Shown: positions 18,875 to 28,833, numbered from the stretch's first letter. The stretch is 51,925 bases of DNA from Bacteroidales bacterium (GCA_030535995.1 JAUNQV010000002.1:1-51925), one strand, 5' to 3'. The notes: generated by a model not told the origin, from the sequence alone. Program-made: numbers and translations.

Positions 18875-20599
18875 ATGAAAAGAATATTTAATATATATAA
18901 GAAGTTGGTGCTTGTAGCAGCAGTCATGTTCGGCACCCTGATGACTTCGTGTACAGATTATCTGACTATCATACCACCCGACAAGATAGTCCATGAGAAG
19001 TTCTGGCAGACAAAGGATGAGGTGAACGGTATGCTTGCGACCAGCTACATCAAGCTCATAAGCACCGATGCTGTTTCAAGAGCCATCGTTTGGGGTGAGA
19101 TGCGTGCCGATAACATGACATTTCCTGCCAATTATGACAACAAATATAAATATATCATCGAGGCAAATATTCTTGATGATAATGAATATGCAAAGTGGGG
19201 TATCTTCTACGAGGCTATCAACTATGCGAATCTTGTAATAGAGTATGCTCCTATGGTGGTAGACCGCGACCCCGATTTTACAGAGGGTGACTTGAATGTA
19301 GTGCTTGGTGAGATGTATGCAATGCGTGCATTGTGTCACTTCTACCTTGTACGTACATTCCGTGATATCCCGATGGCTTTGGTTCCTGCAGTGAACGATG
19401 CCGATCTGCCTACATACGAACAGGTACATCCTATCGAGGCCCTGAAGCTTATCTTGGCCGATATTGAGCGCGCCGAGGCTCCGGGTATGATTATGGAGAG
19501 CGGCAGTTTCCCAAAAGACAAGGACGACAGCAACTACGGTCGTATAACACGCAATGCTGTCTTGGCGTTAAAAGCCGATGTCTGCTTGTGGCTCGCAGCT
19601 TTCTCTACATACTATGAGGGTGAGAGCGATTTGGTGGCAGCCGGTGATGTACAGCGTTATTATGACATCTGTATCGAGAGCTGCCAGGCTGTAATTGATA
19701 ACATGGACCGTATGTTCATTGATAAAAATGAGGGCAGGCCTATTGTAAATGATTATCCCTACCACCTTTTGGTAAACGAGGGAAGAGTAGAGGATTTAAA
19801 GAAAACAAAATTCAGTTCTGTATATAACGATATCTTCGGTTTCAAGAACTCTTCGGAGTCAATCTTTGAGTTGCAGATAGATGATGCCAATGCTCGTGAT
19901 AATGGTGGTTGTCGAGGTATACCTACTTTGTATGGAATTGAGGCCGGCGGTTCAAAAGTAATTGTACCAAGGAAGTTCCTTGATATTTACAAGGATGATG
20001 ACTTGCGTAAATTCTCATACACGAACATCTCTCCAAGCGCAAGTGGTGATGAGATTAAGGATGATATTTACATTGCGAAGTATACAGCCCAAGGTTCTCC
20101 TGCGCAGGATTACAGAAAAGCAGATAGCTTTGATGCCAACTGGATTGTCTATCGCAAGACCGATGTCCTTCTTATGATGGCAGAGGCACTTGCTGCGCAG
20201 CCTGCAGCTACATCGGAAGATTTCAAATCGGCTTTCGAAATAGCAAGGGTGATAAATGTTCGTTCAAGAATTGATTCAACTGATATTAAAGAGCCTTTGT
20301 CCGAGCCTATGGATCGTTCAGGTTGTTTAAGTCTTGTTCTTGACGAGCGTGCACGTGAACTTGCTTTTGAGGGCAAGCGCTGGTACGACCTTGTGCGCAA
20401 GGCTTTGCGCGATAAGAGCACCAAGGATATCTTGTTTGTTGCCGATAAACTCACATCAAACCAGGATGTTCTCAAGAGCAAGATGTCTTCAATAGATGGT
20501 CTTTTCTTCCCGATACATATCGACGAGATAAGGTACAATAAGAATTTGAAACAGAACCCGGCATACTCGGACGAAGATTCTTCGGTGGAGATGAATTAA
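18875..20599 (+). CDS. SusD/RagB-family lipoprotein (pair 1)
   Basis: The lipobox reads LMTSC-TDY. SusD-like features are present (..WGEMRADN.., ALRALCHFYLVRTFRDIP, ERARELAFEGKRWYDLVR). It lies 13 nt after the SusC stop. I use ATG 18875 instead of the TTG at 18866. Confidence 0.9.
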   Translation: MKRIFNIYKKLVLVAAVMFGTLMTSCTDYLTIIPPDKIVHEKFWQTKDEVNGMLATSYIKLISTDAVSRAIVWGEMRADNMTFPANYDNKYKYIIEANILDDNEYAKWGIFYEAINYANLVIEYAPMVVDRDPDFTEGDLNVVLGEMYAMRALCHFYLVRTFRDIPMALVPAVNDADLPTYEQVHPIEALKLILADIERAEAPGMIMESGSFPKDKDDSNYGRITRNAVLALKADVCLWLAAFSTYYEGESDLVAAGDVQRYYDICIESCQAVIDNMDRMFIDKNEGRPIVNDYPYHLLVNEGRVEDLKKTKFSSVYNDIFGFKNSSESIFELQIDDANARDNGGCRGIPTLYGIEAGGSKVIVPRKFLDIYKDDDLRKFSYTNISPSASGDEIKDDIYIAKYTAQGSPAQDYRKADSFDANWIVYRKTDVLLMMAEALAAQPAATSEDFKSAFEIARVINVRSRIDSTDIKEPLSEPMDRSGCLSLVLDERARELAFEGKRWYDLVRKALRDKSTKDILFVADKLTSNQDVLKSKMSSIDGLFFPIHIDEIRYNKNLKQNPAYSDEDSSVEMN

Positions 20600-20651
20600 G
20601 GGATTATACATTTTTATATAGGCCTTTACATTTAAAGAAAAATATTTTTGT

Positions 20652-22385
20652 ATGAAAACAATATTTAAACATAAATTCTTGGCTGGTGCAGCCCTCTTTG
20701 CAGCCCTTTTTGCGGCCGCTTCATGCGAGGATAACGATACCGGCCTGAAGGTTACAGAAGATGTTCCTTATGCCGACAAGACTCTTTATGAGGTCTTGAA
20801 TGAGCAGGACGACCTGACATCTTTCATGGAGGTTATTAATGCTTGTGGTCCCGAGTTCGCCGACTCTCTCTTCAACCAATCAAGAGTATACACTGTATTT
20901 GCTCCGGTAAATGAGGCAATGGATGCAATGAAAGAGGAATTGGTTGCAAAATTGCAGAATGAAGATGAGCGCGAGCAGGTGCTGAAGACTTTTGTCAGAG
21001 CGCATGTGGCAAACCATCTGCGTCCTGCTAACGGTGTTCTTGAAGAGGGTAACCGTATTATGATGCTTAACGACAAGAAAACCGAATTTACCGGTTCGTA
21101 CAGCGATGGTTATGAGTTTGACAACGTTCGTATAGTAGAGCCTAATATTCGTGCATGGAACGGTATTGTTCACAAGTTGGAGGCCCCGGTAGAGTATAAG
21201 CACAGCATTTGGGAGTTCCTTGCTGTAGACAGCGAGGAGATGGACGGTTACAAGGTCGACTCTCTTGCTAACTATCTCTACTCTTTCAACGTAAGGGAAT
21301 TCGATGAATATCAGAGTGTTCTTGGTCCTGTTGTGAATGGTGAACAGACATATCTCGACTCTGTATTTGTTGTAAGCAACAAGTGGCTCAACCCATATTC
21401 GGGTGTTGGTTACATTGACCTTGAAGACTCAATATACACAATGTATGTTCCCACGAACGATGTTTGGAATGAGTATATGGCTCTTGCCGACAGCTATTTC
21501 AAGTATGACTGCGATGCATTCATGCCAGCCACGCTCGACACCACTATCCTTGACTCGCTACGCAACTACTATCCTCGTATAAACTTTATCAAGTACCTTT
21601 CGTATAGCGAAGGTGAGAGAAAGTACATCGAGTCAAAACACCCCGACTCAATATCTCCTGCGTACCTTAGCGATTATCCGCGTAAGGTGTTCCCGAAGTC
21701 GCAGCTTGAGAATGAGCATGTGGTGTTCGAGAAGCAGATGTCGAACGGTTTCTTCAAGATTGTAGACAAGTTCCCCTATTCTCCACTCGATGTGTGGCTC
21801 GACACCATTAAGCTTGAAGCAGAGAACAACGAGATGAGGTTTGAATGCTCTGCTCCAAATAACAGCAATATCCTTGCCGGAAAGTTGCAGATTAATCGCG
21901 AGGATTCACTGCTTCTTAATTCAGAGGTTTCGGGTAGCTACTACTTTGAGGCAATACCAAGTAAGGTTACCGATGGTGTAATTGTCGATTTCCGCATACC
22001 CAATGTGATGTCTACGAAGTATAAGGTGGCATTGATTGTGCTTCCAAAGCACATAGCCAACCCACGTGTAACAGCCGAGGAACTGATGCCTACATACTTC
22101 AATGTAAAGATAACACAGGCCGGTTCGGGTACACTTTATGAGTATACAGACAATAAGTTTACAAACAGGGAAAATGTGGTGGATACTCTCTTCCTCATCG
22201 ACGATAAGGGTGAGCCTGCAATCATTGATATTCCCGCATGTGAATATTATAAGTTGAGCAGCTACAAAGATTATAGTACGACAATAACTGTATCGTCAAT
22301 TAACCCTGGTCGTTCCGTTCCCAGGAAAGATACATCAATACGCCTGGATGCGATACTTTTGATACCTGTACTTGAAGAAGAATAG
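20652..22385 (+). CDS. Fasciclin (FAS1)-domain surface lipoprotein
   Basis: The protein is 577 aa. The lipobox AAASC is followed by EDND. The FAS1 signature reads TVFAPVNEAMDAM ... WNGIVHKLEAPV. It sits directly upstream of the second SusC/SusD pair. Confidence 0.8.
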   Translation: MKTIFKHKFLAGAALFAALFAAASCEDNDTGLKVTEDVPYADKTLYEVLNEQDDLTSFMEVINACGPEFADSLFNQSRVYTVFAPVNEAMDAMKEELVAKLQNEDEREQVLKTFVRAHVANHLRPANGVLEEGNRIMMLNDKKTEFTGSYSDGYEFDNVRIVEPNIRAWNGIVHKLEAPVEYKHSIWEFLAVDSEEMDGYKVDSLANYLYSFNVREFDEYQSVLGPVVNGEQTYLDSVFVVSNKWLNPYSGVGYIDLEDSIYTMYVPTNDVWNEYMALADSYFKYDCDAFMPATLDTTILDSLRNYYPRINFIKYLSYSEGERKYIESKHPDSISPAYLSDYPRKVFPKSQLENEHVVFEKQMSNGFFKIVDKFPYSPLDVWLDTIKLEAENNEMRFECSAPNNSNILAGKLQINREDSLLLNSEVSGSYYFEAIPSKVTDGVIVDFRIPNVMSTKYKVALIVLPKHIANPRVTAEELMPTYFNVKITQAGSGTLYEYTDNKFTNRENVVDTLFLIDDKGEPAIIDIPACEYYKLSSYKDYSTTITVSSINPGRSVPRKDTSIRLDAILLIPVLEEE

Positions 22386-22393
22386 TTTGTTAT

Positions 22394-25300
22394 ATGAAAA
22401 AAAGAAAATTAACTATGTATATGCGACAATTTATGCAATTTGTAGTGGCATTAATGATGTTAATGCCGTCGGCCGCTGGCGCATCAACAGTGCTTTCAGG
22501 CCATGTAGCAAGCGATTCTATTCACGGCGCTCCTGTTGTTGCGAATGGCGTACGTACCATAACCGGTACCGTTTACGACGCTGCTACCAATGTCCCTATG
22601 GCGGGTGTGCGTGTGCAGGCAACCGGTCATGTAAAGATTACTACAATGACCAATGCCGAGGGTAAGTACAAACTTAACATACCCTCCTATGTGACTCTTT
22701 TGAGTTTCTCAACACCGGAGTACCTGCTTGTGCAGCGTGCGGTAGGCACTAACGATGTGCTTAATGTACGTCTCTATTCTGATAAGTTCCAGAATAATTA
22801 CGACGAGGAAATAGTAATTACAGCAGAGCGTGGCTTTGAAACCGGCCTCTCTACTGCAATTACAATCGATTCCGATATCCAGAATAAACTTGGAGCAGAT
22901 GTCCGTTCGACAATGCGTTCAGGAACATTGGGTATAGGTGCTGCTATGTTCATAAGAGGTTTGAACTCATTGAATGCCAACACACAGCCCTTGTTTGTTA
23001 TTGACGGTGTAATTTGGGATATGCAGGAGGGTAATGAGGCTATACACATGGGTGTCTACAACAATGTGCTTTCAGCCATTGATGTAAATGATATCCGCGA
23101 TGTAAAGGTTCTCAAAAACGGTACTGCAATCTATGGTGCACGTGCAGCCAACGGTGTTGTAATCATTAATACTAAACGTGGCGAGAGCATGGCTACACGC
23201 ATTACTGCTAATATATACGGAGGCGTGACTCTGACACCCGATACATACGATATGTTGGGCGCAGAGGCTTATAGAGTGTATGCCAATGAACTCGTAGGAA
23301 CAATGAATGTCAACCCGAACCGTGATATTGACTTCCTCCGTTCCGACCCTCCTGTGTATGGCGCGAACAACCAGTTGGAAAGCGGCTATGTTTATTATAA
23401 CAAATATCATAACAATACCGATTGGACCGATCTTGTATACCGCGAGGCTTTGACGCAGAACTACAAGATTAATGTAGAGGGTGGTGACGATATTGCCATG
23501 TATAACTTCTCTTTTGGCTATACTTTGGGCGATTCTCCTCTCAAGGGTAATAACTTCGACCGTATGAATATTCGCTTGAACTCTGATATTGTTCTTGCCG
23601 ACAACTTCAATACACGTATCGATATCTCTTATTCACGCGTTGCACGTGAGTTGCTCGACGACGGTATGCGCGAGGATGAGACCTCATTCCCGTTGACATC
23701 AATCGCTGCTATTGCCGATGTTAAGGCTCCTTTCTTGAGCCAGTACCGTTATTCTACATCGGGTATAAAAAGTAGTATCTATGATATTGCCGATTCTTTT
23801 GCATGGGAGGTTACAAGGTCGGCCGGTATAGCCAACCCGAACAACTCTATTTATAACCCTGTGACAATTATTACAAAAGGTAAGGGTACACAAAAGAATG
23901 AGTTGGAGTATACTAACCTTGGTGTAACTGTTGCACCCGAGCTTAAACTTGGCAACTTTACAATTACCGAGACTTTCAACTACTCTTTGCACCGTGTAAG
24001 TGAGAAGTATTATCTGCCCTATCCAACATCGGCAGATGACAGCAGATACTATTTCTATGTAAAGGCTTTGAATGGTAAGATAGGTAACTATATTTCATCA
24101 TTCTTCGGCAAGGAGGCTGCAATTTCAAGCGACACACGTGTTGCATGGAGCAAGGTCCTTGGTGCCCATAGTCTCGATGTGTTCGGTGGTTTCCGTTATA
24201 CAAACTTCAATTTTGACTCAAATGCTTTGAGCGGTGCCAACTCCGGTAGTGACAACTCGTTCAATATCAATGCCGGCTTGAACCATTTGCAGAGCGAGGG
24301 CGATAACAATGTGTGGAGTAACATGTCATGGTACATGCAGGCCGACTATTCGTTCAAGACACGTTACTTCTTGCAGCTTGCCGCTTCTTTGGAGAGTTCT
24401 TCGCGCTTCGGTTCAAATGCCGAGGATGCCATTGATTTTGCCGGTGTGGCATGGGGTCTTTTCCCATCGGTTCAGGCTGCTTGGCTTGTCTCTTCGGAAA
24501 AGTGGTTCAAGTTCCGTCCGGTAAACATGCTTAAACTGCGTGCGGGCTACGATATCACCGGCAACGATGCCATAGACTATTTTGCAGCACGCAGCTATTT
24601 GCAGGCTGTCAAGTTCTATGACCAGTCTATGGGTCTTCAGCTTGGTAATGTCGAGAACGATGGTGTGAAATGGGAAAGCACTGCACGATTGAACCTTGGT
24701 GTTGATGCGTTGCTTTTCGATAATCGTCTGGCACTCTCTTTCGATTGGTTCAAATCAAAGACAAGCGACCTCATGGTACAGAAGCAACACCGTTTTGTAA
24801 CAGGTATGGGTACATACTGGGCTAACGGTGGCGAGCTTGAGAATACCGGTTTTGAGTTCACTGCCAATGCAAAACTCGTTGCAGGAAAGAATTTCCAGTG
24901 GGAACTCGGTGCATCGGTCGGTCACTATGAGAATGAGATTGTTGCTCTTGACGAGGCTATTGACCCTGTTTCTGTTTATGGCGGCGAGGTAGCTACTATG
25001 GTAGGTCAGCCCGTAGGTGTGTTCTGGGGTTATAAGACCGATGGCGTAATTGCATCGTCGGCCGATGCCGGAGGTTTGTTCCAGCGCGATGCTGCCGGCC
25101 AGAAAGAGTATTTCAATGCAGGTGATGTAAGATTTGTCGACATCAACCCCGGCAACGACCCAGGTTGCATCGATGAGAACGACAAGACCATTATCGGTAA
25201 TCCTAACCCCGATTTCTATGGTAACCTCTTTACACGTCTTTCGTACAACAATCTTCAGCTCGATGTAACATGCAACTACTCTATTGGCAACGATGTATAC

Positions 25301-25696
25301 AACTATTACCGTCGTCAACTTGAGAGCGGTTCTACATTCTACAACCAGACAGCCAATATGGCTAACCGTTGGGCTGTTGAGGGGCAGCAGACCGATATTC
25401 CTGCGGTTGCTTTTGGTGACCCTGTCGGTAATTCACGCTTCTCCGACCGTTGGATTGAGGATGGTTCATACTTGCGTATAAAGTCAATCAAACTTTCATA
25501 CAATGTACCGGTGACAGCAAACTGGCTGCAAGGTCTCACTGTATGGTGTGCCGCGGAGAATGTCTATACATTCACCGATTACAAAGGTATGGATCCGGAG
25601 TTCTCTGTAAATAACAATGTTTTGTATCAGGGTGTCGATGCAGGTCTGTTGCCACAGTCACGCAGTTTCCATCTTGGTGTAAAGGTTAATCTCTAA
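22394..25696 (+). CDS. SusC-family TonB-dependent outer-membrane transporter (pair 2)
   Basis: The protein is 1100 aa. It has a carboxypeptidase-regulatory-like domain (ITGTVYDA..AEGKYKL) and a plug (FIRGLNSL..QPLFVIDGV, VKVLKNGTAIYGARAANGVVIINTKRG). The exact start is uncertain because several Met codons occur in the first 10 codons. Confidence 0.9.
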   Translation: MKKRKLTMYMRQFMQFVVALMMLMPSAAGASTVLSGHVASDSIHGAPVVANGVRTITGTVYDAATNVPMAGVRVQATGHVKITTMTNAEGKYKLNIPSYVTLLSFSTPEYLLVQRAVGTNDVLNVRLYSDKFQNNYDEEIVITAERGFETGLSTAITIDSDIQNKLGADVRSTMRSGTLGIGAAMFIRGLNSLNANTQPLFVIDGVIWDMQEGNEAIHMGVYNNVLSAIDVNDIRDVKVLKNGTAIYGARAANGVVIINTKRGESMATRITANIYGGVTLTPDTYDMLGAEAYRVYANELVGTMNVNPNRDIDFLRSDPPVYGANNQLESGYVYYNKYHNNTDWTDLVYREALTQNYKINVEGGDDIAMYNFSFGYTLGDSPLKGNNFDRMNIRLNSDIVLADNFNTRIDISYSRVARELLDDGMREDETSFPLTSIAAIADVKAPFLSQYRYSTSGIKSSIYDIADSFAWEVTRSAGIANPNNSIYNPVTIITKGKGTQKNELEYTNLGVTVAPELKLGNFTITETFNYSLHRVSEKYYLPYPTSADDSRYYFYVKALNGKIGNYISSFFGKEAAISSDTRVAWSKVLGAHSLDVFGGFRYTNFNFDSNALSGANSGSDNSFNINAGLNHLQSEGDNNVWSNMSWYMQADYSFKTRYFLQLAASLESSSRFGSNAEDAIDFAGVAWGLFPSVQAAWLVSSEKWFKFRPVNMLKLRAGYDITGNDAIDYFAARSYLQAVKFYDQSMGLQLGNVENDGVKWESTARLNLGVDALLFDNRLALSFDWFKSKTSDLMVQKQHRFVTGMGTYWANGGELENTGFEFTANAKLVAGKNFQWELGASVGHYENEIVALDEAIDPVSVYGGEVATMVGQPVGVFWGYKTDGVIASSADAGGLFQRDAAGQKEYFNAGDVRFVDINPGNDPGCIDENDKTIIGNPNPDFYGNLFTRLSYNNLQLDVTCNYSIGNDVYNYYRRQLESGSTFYNQTANMANRWAVEGQQTDIPAVAFGDPVGNSRFSDRWIEDGSYLRIKSIKLSYNVPVTANWLQGLTVWCAAENVYTFTDYKGMDPEFSVNNNVLYQGVDAGLLPQSRSFHLGVKVNL

Positions 25697-25708
25697 TGAA
25701 ACGGAATA

Positions 25709-25745
25709 CCGCATGGTGCAGGGTTGCAAGCCATGCACCATGCGG
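25709..25745 (+). promoter_or_regulatory. Intercistronic stem-loop between susC-2 and susD-2
   Basis: A perfect 12-bp inverted repeat ccgcatggtgca / tgcaccatgcgg encloses a 13-nt loop. It is GC-rich and is not followed by a T-run. Confidence 0.6.
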
Positions 25746-25763
25746 GAATAAAAAATAACTACA

Positions 25764-27911
25764 ATGAAAAAGAATCTTTTTTATACAGTGATATTTCTTT
25801 TGTGTGGTGCTGTCTCTTTCAGCTCATGCGAGGATATGTTGAATGTGGAGTCGAACCGCGTTGAATACGAGTTCGATGATTGGTCACTGAACGATTCGGT
25901 GTTCTCTGTATTGGGTATTCTGAAGAGTGTTCAGGAGGTTGGTGACCGTCAGATTTTGCTTAACGAATTACGTGCCGACCTTATCACTTTGAGTGAGACA
26001 AAGGCTGTTGTGGATGTTCAGGAGATTAGCCGTTCGGTCTTCAATCTTGAAACAAATCCATATCTTGATGTGAAGGATTATTATGCTATCATCAACAACT
26101 GTAATATATTCCTTACACGTGTCGGTGCAAGCATGAACGAAAGCAATAAAGAGTTCCTGATGCCTGAGTATGTGGCTGTAAAGAGTGTTCGCGCATGGAC
26201 ATATCTGCAGTTGGCTATAAACTATAACAATGTACCATACTTTACCGAGCCAATCCTCTCTCACAGCGCTGCCGAGGAGGTTATGAATACCCCAATGCTG
26301 TCGCGCGAGAGCATTGTTGATAATCTTATTGCAGATATTCTGCCATACGAGAACCCTGCGCAGTTCAGAATGCCACGTTGGGATTCAGACGGCAAGGTAT
26401 TGAAATTCGGTTATAACAATACAGAGGTCCTGACAAGCCATCTGTTTGTTCCGGTACGCATGCTTCTTGGAGAACTTTATCTTTGGAAAGGTGACTACAA
26501 AAAGGCTGCACAGTGTTTCTATGACCAGATAACAGGTGCCGGTACAAATAACACCGCAACAAAGTATATTGATAGTTATTATAGAGTAGCTTTCTCTAAT
26601 GATAAAGGTGCTCTGGTAAATGATGACTATTCTGCACTTTTTGCAGCCTCAAGGTATTCCGATAATGAGAAGAAATCGTTGTTGACAATAATACCATACG
26701 CTAACAACAGCCTTTATGGAACAACATCTGCCCTCGCCGATGTATTTGCTCCGCAGAACGATAATGGTGGTGCACAGGTGTTTGCTTCTCCTGCAATTAT
26801 ATCTCTTGCAAGACGACAGATATTCCGTTACTATGAGGGTGAGGCTACAAACCCGACAAAGGTTGTCTATAGCCACAACTTTGAGTATCCCGGCGATTTG
26901 CGCATAAAGGCAACAACCTATTCACAGATAGGTGATGACGATGAGATGACCGAGTATAAGAATATCATAGCAAAGTTCAACCTTGACAATCCATTACCCA
27001 ATAGTATCAACCATCAACATTACCCCGGTAGTCCTACAACTTATATAACACTTTCTCGTGCAGAGCTTGCATACCTCCGTTTTGCCGAGGCACTTATAGG
27101 TATGGAGTGTCAGGGATACGACGGTGCTATGGAACTCGCAATGACTGTACTGAAGGTTGGTCCAAAGCGTAACTACTCGCTTGTTCAGAATCCCAAATAT
27201 GCCGAGCGCTATACATTCAACGAGATGGGTGATACACTTAAGAAGTACACTTTTGACCCGTTGACCGGAGCAAAGACAGACTCGACATACGTAATGGAGA
27301 GATTCCTTGAGCACTATACCGATTCTTTGGGCTTCAACTTTTCAATTGATGAGACCTTTGAGAATAACAAGGGTATCCACTCTCGTGGTTCAGGCGATAG
27401 CGAGCGTAACATATACTACGCTTTGACTACGGATTGCATGGCACGTCACTTCGGCTATATGCAAAAGGTTGAGGGTGAAGATACCATTGTGTTCCCGACG
27501 GGTAAGGAGGAGTTCACATACCAGGATTCAGTACGTTATGTAACAGACCTTATCATTGACGAGCTTGCTCTTGAGTTTGCATGGGAAGGAACTCGCTTCG
27601 GTGACCTTATGCGCTTTGCCATAGCTACCGGCGATAATGATATCCTTGCAAAGAGAGTCGCAGGTCGTGAGTTCAGCAACGATGTGACATATCACAGCGC
27701 CGATTACAAGTACGATGCATCTTTGTACAACTTCATGAGCAACGAAGCAAACTGGTATCTGCCTCTGCCGGCTGGTGTAGTGGATCCGGTTGACCCTGAT
27801 AATGTTCCCGGTGGTACACTGCCCGAAGACGAGCCTACAGAGGGAGAAACAGATACTCCTGAAGAAGGAACAGATGTTCCCGAAGGTGGTGAGCCTGCTG
27901 AAGGAGAATAA
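25764..27911 (+). CDS. SusD/RagB-family lipoprotein (pair 2), unusually long with an acidic disordered C-terminal tail
   Basis: The protein is 715 aa. The lipobox SFSSC is followed by EDM. SusD-like segments are present (LRADL.., ELALEFAWEGTRFGDLMRFA). The C-terminus reads ..DPVDPDNVPGGTLPEDEPTEGETDTPEEGTDVPEGGEPAEGE. Confidence 0.85.
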   Translation: MKKNLFYTVIFLLCGAVSFSSCEDMLNVESNRVEYEFDDWSLNDSVFSVLGILKSVQEVGDRQILLNELRADLITLSETKAVVDVQEISRSVFNLETNPYLDVKDYYAIINNCNIFLTRVGASMNESNKEFLMPEYVAVKSVRAWTYLQLAINYNNVPYFTEPILSHSAAEEVMNTPMLSRESIVDNLIADILPYENPAQFRMPRWDSDGKVLKFGYNNTEVLTSHLFVPVRMLLGELYLWKGDYKKAAQCFYDQITGAGTNNTATKYIDSYYRVAFSNDKGALVNDDYSALFAASRYSDNEKKSLLTIIPYANNSLYGTTSALADVFAPQNDNGGAQVFASPAIISLARRQIFRYYEGEATNPTKVVYSHNFEYPGDLRIKATTYSQIGDDDEMTEYKNIIAKFNLDNPLPNSINHQHYPGSPTTYITLSRAELAYLRFAEALIGMECQGYDGAMELAMTVLKVGPKRNYSLVQNPKYAERYTFNEMGDTLKKYTFDPLTGAKTDSTYVMERFLEHYTDSLGFNFSIDETFENNKGIHSRGSGDSERNIYYALTTDCMARHFGYMQKVEGEDTIVFPTGKEEFTYQDSVRYVTDLIIDELALEFAWEGTRFGDLMRFAIATGDNDILAKRVAGREFSNDVTYHSADYKYDASLYNFMSNEANWYLPLPAGVVDPVDPDNVPGGTLPEDEPTEGETDTPEEGTDVPEGGEPAEGE

Positions 27912-27920
27912 AAACAGTTT

Positions 27921-27948
27921 ATCGGGAGGAGCAATTGCTCCTCCCGAT
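27921..27948 (+). terminator. Palindromic hairpin, probably the terminator of the SusCD locus
   Basis: atcgggaggagc-aatt-gctcctcccgat forms a 12-bp perfect stem 10 nt after the susD-2 stop. Only a weak T-tract follows (gtgttt). Confidence 0.5.
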
Positions 27949-27961
27949 GTGTTTATATAAA

Positions 27962-28672
27962 ATGCGTATGAGAAGAATAGCAATACTTTCAGGTGCAGGA
28001 ATTAGTGTTGAGAGCGGTCTCTCCACCTTCCGTGGTGGCGGTGGCTTGTGGGACAATTATCCCGTTGAGCAGGTAGCCACTCCCGAAGGTTTCCGTGCCA
28101 ATCCGGCTCTCGTTCTGGAGTTCTATAACAAGAGGAGGAGGGAACTGTCCGGCATCAAGCCTAATCGTGCCCATGAGCTTGTAGCGGAACTTGAGAACCA
28201 TTTTGATGTTACTGTGATAACGCAGAATGTAGATGACTTGCATGAACGTGCCGGCTCTACAAAGGTAATTCACCTGCATGGAGAACTTATGAAGGCCTGT
28301 TCGTCGCGGCAACCGCAAAATCCTTCGCTTGTAATTGAACTGCCATCGTACGAGTCGGAGATAAGGATGGGCGATACTGCTCCCGACGGCTCGCAGCTGC
28401 GTCCGTTCATCGTGTGGTTCGGCGAGGCAGTTCCGCTTATCGAGGATGCAATTGGTGAGCTTGCATCGGTCGATGCCTTTATAATAGTGGGCACCTCTTT
28501 GAATGTCTACCCTGCTGCCGGCTTGGTCAATTATATTCCATCGGGAGTGCCTGTGTATCTAATAGACCCGAATGATGTGGCTGTGCATAATGTGCCAAAT
28601 CTCACAGTTCTTAAAATGGGGGCTTCTGCAGGAATGGAGAGGGTGTTTGCCGAACTTTTAAAAATGAAATGA
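27962..28672 (+). CDS. cobB: Sir2-family NAD-dependent protein deacylase
   Basis: Sirtuin motifs are present: GAGISVESGLSTFRG..GLW, ITQNVDDLHERAG, HLHG, and the C-terminal Rossmann half (IIVGTSLNVYPAAGL). I place the start at ATG 27962 (MRMRRIAIL), because the track's upstream TTG start would read through the hairpin. Confidence 0.85.
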   Translation: MRMRRIAILSGAGISVESGLSTFRGGGGLWDNYPVEQVATPEGFRANPALVLEFYNKRRRELSGIKPNRAHELVAELENHFDVTVITQNVDDLHERAGSTKVIHLHGELMKACSSRQPQNPSLVIELPSYESEIRMGDTAPDGSQLRPFIVWFGEAVPLIEDAIGELASVDAFIIVGTSLNVYPAAGLVNYIPSGVPVYLIDPNDVAVHNVPNLTVLKMGASAGMERVFAELLKMK

Positions 28673-28833
28673 TTATAAAATTAAAAAGAATTAACACAAA
28701 TTCTGTTTGAAATCGGAATTTTTATGTTAATTTTGTAAAGAAATCAAAAGGGATATTGGACACAGGCAAATAACAGATGCTGTGGAGCGAACTTTTGGTT
28801 TAGGAATTTGTTTAACGATAAAATAGTATAATT

